The translations under genes were made by a program, and so were the position numbers. A stretch of 64,000 bases of DNA from an uncultured Methanosarcinales archaeon (lineage in GTDB: Archaea; Nanobdellota; Nanobdellia; Woesearchaeales; JACPBV01). Location: assembly GCA_964618315.1 (NCBI GenBank), contig CAZTWQ010000001.1:6877-70876 (forward strand), read 5' to 3'. The notes beneath the pieces are model-generated. The model made no database searches. It was not told the origin of the DNA and worked only from the letters and a program-made list of their open reading frames with translations. This document shows positions 27,303 through 36,920 of the stretch, one piece after another (position 1 is the stretch's first letter; every line of letters starts with the position of its first letter).

Positions 27303-27908
27303 ATGCCTTATCTTAAACAAGTAACAATAAACAATAATGAATACTATTACCTATTCCATACAGTAAGAGTAGGGGATAAATTCAAAAAATTAAGCAAGTA
27401 TGTAGGTAAGAATAAGCCATCGGATAATGAATTAGGTAGATTAAAAAAAGAATTCCTTAAAGAAATAAATAAAGAGCCTGTTGAATTTGAAGAAGAAGTT
27501 CCAAAAGTTAATGTTGTTGAAGAATTGCAAGATCTGCAAGATAAAGAGGGGTATCTATCTAAAGAAAGTATGATCAAAATTTCAAAAGAGAAAGATATAC
27601 CTGGTGTTAAGCTCTATGGTGTTGCAACTTTTTATTCTCAATTTAGACTAAAACAAAAAGCAAAGAATACAATAAGTGTTTGTAGGGGAACTGCATGTCA
27701 TGTTAAGGGTTCTGATTCTTTATTAGAATATCTGGAAGAAATTCTAGAAATAAAATCTGGGCAGACAACAAAAGATGGAAAAATAAACCTGGAGTGTGTT
27801 AATTGTATAGGTGCTTGTGCAAAAGCTCCTGCGATTATGGTTAATGATGAAGTGTATGGTGAATTAACCAAAGAAAAAGTGAAAAAAATAATTGAAGGAC
27901 TAAAATGA
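27303..27908 (+). CDS. hydC: [FeFe]-hydrogenase 2 NuoE-like subunit with N-terminal extension
   Basis: VATFYSQF, CRGTAC, CIGAC; extra ~65 aa containing YYYLFHTVRVGDKFKKLSKYVG. Confidence 0.92.
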   Translation: MPYLKQVTINNNEYYYLFHTVRVGDKFKKLSKYVGKNKPSDNELGRLKKEFLKEINKEPVEFEEEVPKVNVVEELQDLQDKEGYLSKESMIKISKEKDIPGVKLYGVATFYSQFRLKQKAKNTISVCRGTACHVKGSDSLLEYLEEILEIKSGQTTKDGKINLECVNCIGACAKAPAIMVNDEVYGELTKEKVKKIIEGLK

Positions 27909-29632
27909 AAATTACAGTTGGATTAGCAACATGTGGAATTTCCGCAGGAGGGATGCCTGTTTTTGAAGCTTTGAAGAATGAGGGTTTTGAAGTAGAAAAA
28001 GTTGGATGTATAGGTATGTGTTATAATGAGCCATTAGTAACTGTCATTGAAGGTGATAAAAGAGAAGTTTATGGTTTGGTTACAAAAGATAATGTGCAAA
28101 AGTTGATTGATTGTCTTAAGAAAGAAGAAGTGTGTAAAGAACTATTCATAACTGATAATATTAATGAACTTGATTTCTATAAGAAACAAAAAAGATTAGT
28201 AATGGAAAATTGTGGTTTGATAAATCCATTAAGTTTGGAACAATACAAAGAAAATGAAGGGTATAAGGGGTTGAAAAAAGCTTTAGATATTGAACCTAAT
28301 CAGGTTATAGAAAATATAAAGAGTTCGGGGTTAAGAGGTAGAGGGGGGGCAGGTTTTCCTGTAGGACTTAAGTGGAGTTTTATTGTAGACAAAAAGGGGA
28401 AGAAATATCTAATCTGTAATGGAGATGAAGGTGATCCTGGAGCATTTATGAATCGTACAATAATGGAATCTGATCCCTTTAAGCTTATAGAAGGTATGAC
28501 AATAGCAGCATATGCCATAGGTTCTGATGAAGGTATCATATATACTAGGGCAGAATATCCTTTGGCAATAAAGACCTTAGAAAAAGCAATTAAAATAGCA
28601 AATGATAATAATCTTCTTGGAGATAATATATTGGGAAAGAAGAATTTTAACTTTAAGTTATATATCAAAAAAGGTGCAGGAGCTTTTGTTTGTGGAGAAG
28701 AAACTGCTTTGATAAATTCAATAGAAGGTAAGAGAGGTATGCCTAGGCCAAGACCACCTTATCCTACTGATTGTGGGTTGTATGGAAAGCCAACTGTAAT
28801 AAACAATGTAGGGACACTCAGCCATATAGCTACAATAATGAAAATAGGTGTTGATGAATATATCAAGATTGGTACTGAGAAAACAAAAGGGACTAAAGTT
28901 ATATGCTTAGCGGGGAAGATAAAAAGAGCAGGAGTTATTGAAGTTCCAATGGGTATTCTGTTAAGAGACATAATATTTGAGATTGGGGGTGGTGTTCCAG
29001 AAGGAACTAAGTTTAAAGCTGTACTATCTGGTGGACCTGCAGGGGGATGTGTACCTGAACAACATTTAGATATCCCGCTAGACTATGAACCATTACAGGA
29101 ACTAGGGGCAATAATGGGTTCAGGAGGCATAGTTGTCATAAACGATAAATCATGCATGGTTGATGTTGCAAGATATTTTATGAGTTTCACACAAGAAGAA
29201 AGCTGCGGCAAATGCACCCCTTGTAGAGAAGGGACAATGCGTTTACTTGAGATGCTAACACAAATAACCAGAGGTGTTGGTGGAAGAGAAGATATCAATA
29301 AAATAAAATTATTGTCTGAATTTGTCAGGGATAATGCATTATGTGGTCTTGGACAGAATGCTCCTAACCCCATACTTTCTACATTAAGGTTTTTTGAAAA
29401 TGAATATATAGATCATCTGGAAAAGAAAAAATGTCCTGCAAAAGCATGTAAAGGTCTTGTAAAATATAGTATAACCGAGAAATGTATTGGTTGTGGGAAC
29501 TGCGCAAGGCATTGCCCTGTTGAGGCTATATCCGGTAACTTAAAAGAGAAACATGTGATTGAACAAAGTAAATGTGTAAAATGTGGGAAGTGTTATGAAG
29601 CATGCGCTTTTGATGCTATTGAGAAAAAATGA
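27905..29632 (+). CDS. hydB: [FeFe]-hydrogenase 2 full-length diaphorase subunit (bifurcating-type signatures)
   Basis: N-terminal Trx-like FeS domain, DEGDPGAFM, GAGAFVCG, GGPAGG, C-terminal 2x[4Fe-4S]. Confidence 0.94.
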   Translation: MKITVGLATCGISAGGMPVFEALKNEGFEVEKVGCIGMCYNEPLVTVIEGDKREVYGLVTKDNVQKLIDCLKKEEVCKELFITDNINELDFYKKQKRLVMENCGLINPLSLEQYKENEGYKGLKKALDIEPNQVIENIKSSGLRGRGGAGFPVGLKWSFIVDKKGKKYLICNGDEGDPGAFMNRTIMESDPFKLIEGMTIAAYAIGSDEGIIYTRAEYPLAIKTLEKAIKIANDNNLLGDNILGKKNFNFKLYIKKGAGAFVCGEETALINSIEGKRGMPRPRPPYPTDCGLYGKPTVINNVGTLSHIATIMKIGVDEYIKIGTEKTKGTKVICLAGKIKRAGVIEVPMGILLRDIIFEIGGGVPEGTKFKAVLSGGPAGGCVPEQHLDIPLDYEPLQELGAIMGSGGIVVINDKSCMVDVARYFMSFTQEESCGKCTPCREGTMRLLEMLTQITRGVGGREDINKIKLLSEFVRDNALCGLGQNAPNPILSTLRFFENEYIDHLEKKKCPAKACKGLVKYSITEKCIGCGNCARHCPVEAISGNLKEKHVIEQSKCVKCGKCYEACAFDAIEKK

Positions 29633-31338
29633 ATAAAATAAAGATTAGGTTGAATAGTGTAGATGTTGAATGTAAAGAAGGGGATATGATTATAGATGTA
29701 GCTAAGAAAAATGGTATTGACATACCCCACTTCTGCCATAATGGCAGGCTAGAAAGGATAGGTGCATGTAGGATATGTGTTGTTGAACAAAAAGGAAAAC
29801 AAAAATTAGTTGCTTCTTGTTGTACTCCGGTTAATGAGGGGATGGAAATAGTTACACACACCCCCAGAGTTTTGGAGGCAAGAAGGATTAATATTGAGCT
29901 TTTGCTTGCAAACCATGATTTGAATTGTACAACCTGCAAGGAAAATCTAATCTGTAAACTACAAAGATATGCTGAAGAGTTAATGGTAAGAGATATAAGG
30001 TTTGAGGGAGAAAAAAGATGGGAGGATGTTGATAATTCAAGTGTTTCTATAAGGAGGGATAATAATAAATGCATACTTTGTGAACAATGTGTTAGGATAT
30101 GTAGCAATATACAGACAGTACATGCTATTGGATTACAGAACAGGGGTTTTAACACAAAGGTTGCACCCCCATTTAATACTCCAATAAACAAGAGTTCTTG
30201 TGTAAAATGCGGTCAGTGTGTTGTTGCTTGTCCAACAGCTGCATTAACTGAAAAAAGTGATATACAACCAGTTATAGATGCACTCAACTCTGATAAATAT
30301 TTAGTTGCACAAACTGCTCCTTCTATCCGTGCTACATTAGGCGAATGTTTTGGGATGCCTGCTGGAACATCTGTAACGGGCAAGATGGTTGCTGCTTTGA
30401 GGAAGATAGGTTTCAAGAAAGTTTTTGATACTGACTTAGCTGCTGATATTTGCATAATAGAAGAAGCAACAGAATTTGTTAAGAGATTTAAAGATAAAAA
30501 AAATTTACCTATGATAACAACTTGTTGTCCTGCATGGATCAAGTTTGGAGAACAGTTCTTTTTTGAGCAGCTTAACCACATGTCTTCATGTAGAAGTCCC
30601 CAAGCAATACTTGCCTCTTTGATCAAAACCTATTTTGCAAAGAAGATGAAAGTAGATCCAAAAGATATTATCTTGGTAGATATTATGCCCTGCACAGCAA
30701 AGAAATTTGAAATATTGAGACCTGAGTTCAAAGGAGAAGCAGATTATGTTTTGACCACAATAGAGCTTGCTAAGCTTATAAAACAACTTGATGTAGATTT
30801 TGTTAATCTTAATGATGAAGATTTTGATAATCCATTGGGTGAAAGCACAGGAGCAGGAGCAATATTTGGCCATACTGGGGGAGTAATGGAAGCTGCTTTG
30901 CGTACTGTAGCTGATTGGGTCAGTGGAAAAAATCTAAAGAAGATAGATTATAAAGATATAAGAAATATGGAAACAATGAAAGAGGCTGAACTTAAGATAG
31001 GTGGTGAAAATGTGAGGATAGCTGTTGTCCATACACTAGGTGAAGCCCGTAAATTGATGAATCAGATCAAGGCAGGGAAGAGCCCATATCATTTTATTGA
31101 GATTATGGCATGTTATGGTGGTTGTATTGGGGGAGGAGGACAACCCCCACCACATAATAAGAAAACCTTAGCTAAAAGGACTAAAGCATTAATTGATGTT
31201 GATGAAAGGAAAAAGATAAGAAAATCCCATAAAAATCAATCTGCACTTAAGATCTACAAAGAATATCTAGGGGAGTTTGGGAGTGAAAGAGCACATAAAC
31301 TGCTGCATACAACTTATTCTAAGAAAGAATATATCTAG
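29629..31338 (+). CDS. hydA: [FeFe]-hydrogenase 2 catalytic subunit (group A)
   Basis: TTCCPAW, MPCTAKKFE, EIMACYGGCIGGGGQP; HDLNCTTC...C His-ligated cluster. Confidence 0.96.
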   Translation: MNKIKIRLNSVDVECKEGDMIIDVAKKNGIDIPHFCHNGRLERIGACRICVVEQKGKQKLVASCCTPVNEGMEIVTHTPRVLEARRINIELLLANHDLNCTTCKENLICKLQRYAEELMVRDIRFEGEKRWEDVDNSSVSIRRDNNKCILCEQCVRICSNIQTVHAIGLQNRGFNTKVAPPFNTPINKSSCVKCGQCVVACPTAALTEKSDIQPVIDALNSDKYLVAQTAPSIRATLGECFGMPAGTSVTGKMVAALRKIGFKKVFDTDLAADICIIEEATEFVKRFKDKKNLPMITTCCPAWIKFGEQFFFEQLNHMSSCRSPQAILASLIKTYFAKKMKVDPKDIILVDIMPCTAKKFEILRPEFKGEADYVLTTIELAKLIKQLDVDFVNLNDEDFDNPLGESTGAGAIFGHTGGVMEAALRTVADWVSGKNLKKIDYKDIRNMETMKEAELKIGGENVRIAVVHTLGEARKLMNQIKAGKSPYHFIEIMACYGGCIGGGGQPPPHNKKTLAKRTKALIDVDERKKIRKSHKNQSALKIYKEYLGEFGSERAHKLLHTTYSKKEYI

Positions 31339-31539
31339 AATAGAATCCAATATATAATGAAAAGATTAACTTTTCTAAATAGTATTGGAAATTATCTTTA
31401 CAATAAGTTTAAATATAGAACTTGGTTTCTCCCTATTAACATGATGGTAAATTGTATATGTTGCTGTTAGAATTCTTCATTGTTTTAGTTAATTGTTTAT
31501 TTAAAATTAAATTTTTATTTTTCAGAAACACGAGGTACT

Positions 31540-32316
31540 ATGAAAACGCAAAATTTAACTCAAAAATTGAACTTTTATGAATTGATTGGAGTTATTTTGG
31601 GGGATGGATGTATAAAATACTATCCTTCACATAAAGTATATACCCTAGAAATAACTGGAGATGCAAAAGATGATCAAGAATATTTTAGTAAATTATCGAA
31701 GTTAATTACAAGTATAACTAATAAAACTCCAACTGTTAGAATAAGCATAGATAAGAAAAAGCGAGCCTTGAGATTAGAATTACACAGTAAAAAGTTTTTG
31801 GAGTTTTTATTGAACGATGTAGGAATAACTAATAAAAAGAAATCATTCAATGCAGAAATCCCTAAGAAGTACCTAGAGTGGAAATATAGTAAACATATTA
31901 TTAGAGGCATATTTGAAACAGATGGTTCACTTTATTTTTCAAAATCAAAAAAGATTAAATACACTTCTTATCCAAGGATAGAAATTAAGACATCTAGTAA
32001 AAAATTAGCTTTGCAAATATTTGAATTGCTCAAACAAAAAGCTTTTAAAGTACAAAAGAGACCTAGCAAAACAGATAAGACAATTAGAGTCTATCTTAGT
32101 GGATCTGAAATGCTTAATAAATGGTTAAAAGAAATCGGTTTTTCAAGTATGAAAAAATACAGTAAATATTTGTTTTGGAAAAAATTTGGTTATTATATTC
32201 CAAAAACACCTTATAAGAAAAGAATGATTCTCATAAGGGAGCATGGCCAAGTGGCTAAGGCGTCCGCCTGCAGAGCGGATATTCGGGGGTTCAAATCCCT
32301 CTGCTCCCTCTTATAA
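31540..32316 (+). CDS. Stand-alone LAGLIDADG endonuclease-like protein overlapping tRNA-Cys
   Basis: ELIGVILGDG and IIRGIFETDG motifs; GAGGT RBS. Confidence 0.85.
   Translation: MKTQNLTQKLNFYELIGVILGDGCIKYYPSHKVYTLEITGDAKDDQEYFSKLSKLITSITNKTPTVRISIDKKKRALRLELHSKKFLEFLLNDVGITNKKKSFNAEIPKKYLEWKYSKHIIRGIFETDGSLYFSKSKKIKYTSYPRIEIKTSSKKLALQIFELLKQKAFKVQKRPSKTDKTIRVYLSGSEMLNKWLKEIGFSSMKKYSKYLFWKKFGYYIPKTPYKKRMILIREHGQVAKASACRADIRGFKSLCSLL
32237..32309 (+). tRNA. tRNA-Cys(GCA)
   Basis: Acceptor GGGAGCA/TGCTCCC, U73, anticodon arm TCCGC-CTGCAGA-GCGGA, TTCAAAT T loop. Confidence 0.95.
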
Positions 32317-32357
32317 TTCAAAAAATATATAAGTATATCAGGATTTAAGTGATAAAT

Positions 32358-33746
32358 ATGTTAAAACTATACAATACACTAGGCAGAAAGAAAGACGTTT
32401 TTGAGCCTATCAATAAGAAAGAAGTAGGGATGTATAGTTGCGGGCCTACTGTTTATAACTTTGCCCACATAGGTAATTTTAGGGCTTATATAGTTGCAGA
32501 TCTTCTGAAAAAATATCTTAAGTTTAAAGGATTTAATGTAAAGCATGTAATGAATATTACAGATGTTGATGATAAGACAATAAAGGGCTCTATACAAGAG
32601 AAGATTTCTTTGAAAAAGTATACTAAGAAATATACTGATGCATTTCTTAGTGATCTTAAAACATTAAATATCTCAGAAGCAGATATATTCCCAAGGGCAA
32701 CAGATCATATCAATGAGATGGTTGCAATGATTCAGAAGCTTAGCGACAAGGGACTTGCATATAAAGGAGAAGACGGGTCATGGTATTATAGTGTTTCTAA
32801 GTTTAAGAACTATGGAAAGCTTTCAAGACTTAAGTTTGAAGGGTTGAAAGAAGGTGCAAGAGTAAAACAAGATGATTATGATAAAGATCAGGCTCAGGAT
32901 TTTGCTTTGTGGAAAGGTTATTCTAAAGAAGATGGTGATGTTTTTTGGGAAACTTCGCTGGGTAAAGGTCGTCCTGGGTGGCATATTGAATGCAGTGCAA
33001 TGAATACTAAGTATTTAGGTAATGGTTTTGATATACATACTGGTGGAATTGACCTAGTGTTTCCACACCATGAAAATGAGATAGCTCAAGCAGAAGGATG
33101 TACTGAAAGCCCTTATGTAAACTATTGGGTGCATAATGAGCATCTACTTGTTGATGGGAAGAAAATGAGCAAGTCACTAGGTAATTTTTATACTCTTCGT
33201 GATCTGCTTGATAAAGGGTATAGTGCAGTTGCTATAAGATATCTTTTGTTGAGTACGCATTATAGGCAGCAAGCTAATTTTACATTTAAGGCTCTTGAGG
33301 GAGCTAAAGGTGCTGTTGATAAGCTCAATAATTTTATATTTGTCTTAGGGGGCATGGATTGTGATGAAGATGTTGGCAATATAGATGAACTTATCAAAGA
33401 GACCAGAGCTGCTTTTGAGATGAAGATGGACGATGATTTGAATATTTCTGGTGGGTTAGCTGTTATCTTTGACTTCATGAGTGATGTCAACAAGCTTCGC
33501 CTGAGCAAGGACGATGCTTCAAAGGTAATTTCATTTATGAAAGAAGTTGATGCTATATTGGGTGTTATGGATTTTAAAAAGAATGATGAGAATATTCCTA
33601 AAGATATAGAGAGTCTGATCAAGTCGAGAGAAGACGCCAGAAAGAATAAAGATTTTGATAAGGCGGATAAGATAAGGGATGATCTAAAGGAAAAAGGGAT
33701 TGAATTGATAGATACTCCTGAAGGAGTCCGGTGGAAGAAGGTTTAA
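32358..33746 (+). CDS. cysS: Cysteine--tRNA ligase
   Basis: [24 protein letters not shown]. Confidence 0.97.
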   Translation: MLKLYNTLGRKKDVFEPINKKEVGMYSCGPTVYNFAHIGNFRAYIVADLLKKYLKFKGFNVKHVMNITDVDDKTIKGSIQEKISLKKYTKKYTDAFLSDLKTLNISEADIFPRATDHINEMVAMIQKLSDKGLAYKGEDGSWYYSVSKFKNYGKLSRLKFEGLKEGARVKQDDYDKDQAQDFALWKGYSKEDGDVFWETSLGKGRPGWHIECSAMNTKYLGNGFDIHTGGIDLVFPHHENEIAQAEGCTESPYVNYWVHNEHLLVDGKKMSKSLGNFYTLRDLLDKGYSAVAIRYLLLSTHYRQQANFTFKALEGAKGAVDKLNNFIFVLGGMDCDEDVGNIDELIKETRAAFEMKMDDDLNISGGLAVIFDFMSDVNKLRLSKDDASKVISFMKEVDAILGVMDFKKNDENIPKDIESLIKSREDARKNKDFDKADKIRDDLKEKGIELIDTPEGVRWKKV

Positions 33747-33817
33747 ATATTATATAAAATATATAAATATAGAAAGATTTAAAAAATATAATTGATTCTT
33801 CTTATAAAGGTGATATT

Positions 33818-34168
33818 ATGACTGTAGTTTTACCAGGTATTAATATAGGGGTTGGAAATTATGCTGTACTTTGTTCTGATAGTGAATTAGATGAAGGAGA
33901 TGTGCCTAGTTTTGTCAGTGATTTAGATGCTCCTTTACCAGATAAACTTAATCCATTGAACATAGATCAAGTTGTTGATGCTATTGTAGCTAGATTAGCT
34001 GATGGCAGGAAAGTTGGTAAAGAAGTATTTAATATGGCAAGGGATTGGTTAATTGAGAAAAGGCAATCGTTTGCTGAGATGGGTCTTGATCCTGAATCTA
34101 ATTTTAGAGATTCTTATGGGATAGAATGGGATAAACTTGAGAGTTATGAGGGGCATTATACCCTATAA
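33818..34168 (+). CDS. Hypothetical protein
   Basis: AGGTGA RBS, 116-aa ORF. Confidence 0.65.
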   Translation: MTVVLPGINIGVGNYAVLCSDSELDEGDVPSFVSDLDAPLPDKLNPLNIDQVVDAIVARLADGRKVGKEVFNMARDWLIEKRQSFAEMGLDPESNFRDSYGIEWDKLESYEGHYTL

Positions 34169-34183
34169 TGATTTGAATATAAT

Positions 34184-36610
34184 TCATAGTTCTAATTCAA
34201 CTTCATAATCTATTTCAGAATCATCTTTTAATTTTTCATAAGATATGTTTTCTGCTTTAGTTGTTGCAATTATGTCGTCTTTGACTGATTCGAAATCTTT
34301 TTCTGAGATCTTGCCTTTGATTAATAAGTTTTTTAATGGGGTTTTTAGGCTTAGGTTTTTGTCTGATTTTGCCTGTCTGGATTTTTGAGCAGCATAAACT
34401 ACTAACTCACCTATTTTTTCTGCTGTTTCATCTGTGATTATTGGCTCTGGCCATTTTGAGATATGGATGCTTTTTGCAGAGTCTGATCTATTGAAATATA
34501 ATTGATATATCTCTTCTGTAATGTAAGGCATTATTGGAGCTACCATCTTTAAGATTGCTAATAATGTAGTATGAAGTGCATATTGTGCGCTTAATCTTTG
34601 TTCTTTTCCCCTTTGATCTGGATTGTATAATCTATCTTTGGCTATCTCTAGGTAATTGTCACATAGTTCATGCCAGAAGAAATTCTCTACATCTGCTTTT
34701 GTTCTATTATATTCATATTTTTTGAATGAATCTGTAGAGGTTTTTATTATTTTGCTTAGTTTTGATAATATCCATTTGTCGACTGGTTCTAGTTTTTCTG
34801 GCTTGTCCCCTTTGTAATCTTCTAAGTGCATAATTGCAAATTTAGAAGCATTCCATAATTTTGTAATGAATTTTTGGGCTGTAACTAAATCTTTTTCCTG
34901 GAATGGAAGATCTTCACCTAGTTTTGATCCTGCTGCCCAGAATCTTAAAGCGTCTGCATTGTATTTTTCGATCATAACTTGGGGTTCAATAACATTACCT
35001 TTACTTTTGGACATCTTTTTTCCTTTTGGATCTAGAGCCCAACCTGTTACCATACAATCTTTCCAGGGATTTACTTTATTGTGTAATTGTGATTTTACAA
35101 CTGTGTTGAATAACCAAAATGTGATTATGTCATGACCTTGCGGCCGCATTGACATAGGGTAGATCTTATCATATAGTTCTGGAACTAATGATGCTGTAAT
35201 CTGAGGTGTTAATGATGATGTTGCCCATGTGTTTATTATGTCTTTTTCTGGTATGAATTCTGTTGAACCACATTTTGGGCATTTGTCAACTGGTGGTTTG
35301 TCTGTCAATGGATCAACTGGAAGTTGTTTTTCATCTGCTAAGATAATTTCATCACATTCTTTGCAATACCATACTGGGAATGGAATTCCAAAAGGAAGTT
35401 GTCTTGAGATGCACCAATCCCACTGTAATCCCTTAACCCAATTATCATATCTGTTTTTCATATGATGTGGGAACCATCCAAGTTTTTCTCCCCATTTCTC
35501 CATCTGAGGTTTTAGGTCCAGGTATTTTACAAACCATTGTTTTGAATGGATGAATTCTATAGGGGTTCCGCATCTTTCATGTGTGTTTACTGGGTGATTG
35601 ATCGGTTCTTGACTCAATAGTAATTTTTGATCTTTCATATCTTCAATAATCATCTTTCTTGCAGTCACTATAGTATTGCCTTCGTACTTGCCAGCAAGTT
35701 CTGTCATCTTTCCGTCTTTTCCAATAGCTTCTTTTATAGGAAGTTTGTGTATCTTTTGCCATTCACAATCTGTTGAATCTCCAAATGTACAGCACATAAC
35801 TAATCCTGTACCCTTTTCTGGATCTGCTTTTTTATCTTCTAATATTGGGACTTCGAAATCAAATAACGGAACTTTTGCTGTTTTTCCCTTAAGTTTTTGG
35901 TATCTTGCATCATCAGGATGGTAGAAAACTGCAACACAAGCTGGTAAAAGTTCTGGTCTTGTTGTTGCTATGATCAATTCTTCTTCTTTCCCATTATTGT
36001 CTACTTTGAATACAATATCATTGAAGAAAGATGAAATTTCTTTATCTTCACATTCAACCTGGGAGATTGCAGTCCTGCATTTTGGACAGTGCATTGCTGG
36101 TGCTTCTGTCCGGTATTCTCGCCCATCGTTGTATAGATCTATGAATGATTTCTGTGATATTTTCTGACAGTGTTCATTTATGGTTGTGTAGAATAAGTCA
36201 AAATCACAACTAGTGCCTATCCTTTTCCAATCTTCGATATATTTAGGCCTTATCTCTTTTTTTAGTGTTTCTAAGCATAGTTTTACAAATTCTTTTCTAC
36301 CTAGATCATGGGCTCTTACTTTTTTTTCCTTTTCTATCAATAATTTAGTGGGTAGTCCGTTGTCGTCTGTGCCAAAAGGATAGAATATGTTAAAACCCTG
36401 CATTCTTTTGAATCTTGCAATAAAATCCATCTGCGAGTACATAAAAGCATGACCCAGATGCATCTTTCCAGAAACGGTTGGTGGAGGAGTATCTATCGAA
36501 AAGATCTCTGCCTTTGATTCTTTATTGAATTTGTAGACCTTATTTTCTTCCCAAAACTTCTGCCATTTTGGTTCTGATTCTTTGGGGTCGTATCTTTTTG
36601 GTAATTCCAT
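34184..36610 (-). CDS. valS: Valine--tRNA ligase (archaeal type)
   Basis: DTPPPTVSG.MHLGH, WDWCISRQ, KMSKS. Confidence 0.97.
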   Translation of the reverse strand: MELPKRYDPKESEPKWQKFWEENKVYKFNKESKAEIFSIDTPPPTVSGKMHLGHAFMYSQMDFIARFKRMQGFNIFYPFGTDDNGLPTKLLIEKEKKVRAHDLGRKEFVKLCLETLKKEIRPKYIEDWKRIGTSCDFDLFYTTINEHCQKISQKSFIDLYNDGREYRTEAPAMHCPKCRTAISQVECEDKEISSFFNDIVFKVDNNGKEEELIIATTRPELLPACVAVFYHPDDARYQKLKGKTAKVPLFDFEVPILEDKKADPEKGTGLVMCCTFGDSTDCEWQKIHKLPIKEAIGKDGKMTELAGKYEGNTIVTARKMIIEDMKDQKLLLSQEPINHPVNTHERCGTPIEFIHSKQWFVKYLDLKPQMEKWGEKLGWFPHHMKNRYDNWVKGLQWDWCISRQLPFGIPFPVWYCKECDEIILADEKQLPVDPLTDKPPVDKCPKCGSTEFIPEKDIINTWATSSLTPQITASLVPELYDKIYPMSMRPQGHDIITFWLFNTVVKSQLHNKVNPWKDCMVTGWALDPKGKKMSKSKGNVIEPQVMIEKYNADALRFWAAGSKLGEDLPFQEKDLVTAQKFITKLWNASKFAIMHLEDYKGDKPEKLEPVDKWILSKLSKIIKTSTDSFKKYEYNRTKADVENFFWHELCDNYLEIAKDRLYNPDQRGKEQRLSAQYALHTTLLAILKMVAPIMPYITEEIYQLYFNRSDSAKSIHISKWPEPIITDETAEKIGELVVYAAQKSRQAKSDKNLSLKTPLKNLLIKGKISEKDFESVKDDIIATTKAENISYEKLKDDSEIDYEVELEL

Positions 36611-36712
36611 AATAAGTTAGAGAATAAGGTTATTGTATATAAATGTTTTTGGAATAAAAGAGTAAAGATTAGATCAAACTTTAGAAAAATTTAATAGTCT
36701 TTTGAGAAAAAG

Positions 36713-36875
36713 GGCTTAGTAGAAAATCTCCCGTTGGTCGGGTTGCCATCGGGTTCGCTTCTTGAAGTTGGTATAGATAACTGACATTCCCCGTAAGGGA
36801 CTTCCCCCTTGCCAGTTAGATGTATCTATTTAAGAAGCTCATAAATTGATGGCAACCTATATTTTCTACTAAGCC
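36713..36875 (+). mobile_element. Structured MITE-like element, copy 2 (163 bp)
   Basis: 15-bp TIR GGCTTAGTAGAAAAT; perfect 9-bp target duplication GAGAAAAAG. Confidence 0.88.
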
Positions 36876-36920
36876 GAGAAAAAGAGAATATTAATAAACA
36901 TAAGTTGCTTACTAGTTTCT

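Noticed and set aside
31340..31539. Third copy of the LAGLIDADG upstream module
   Set aside because: No TGGCAAGTG boxes or homologous hairpin upstream of 31540.
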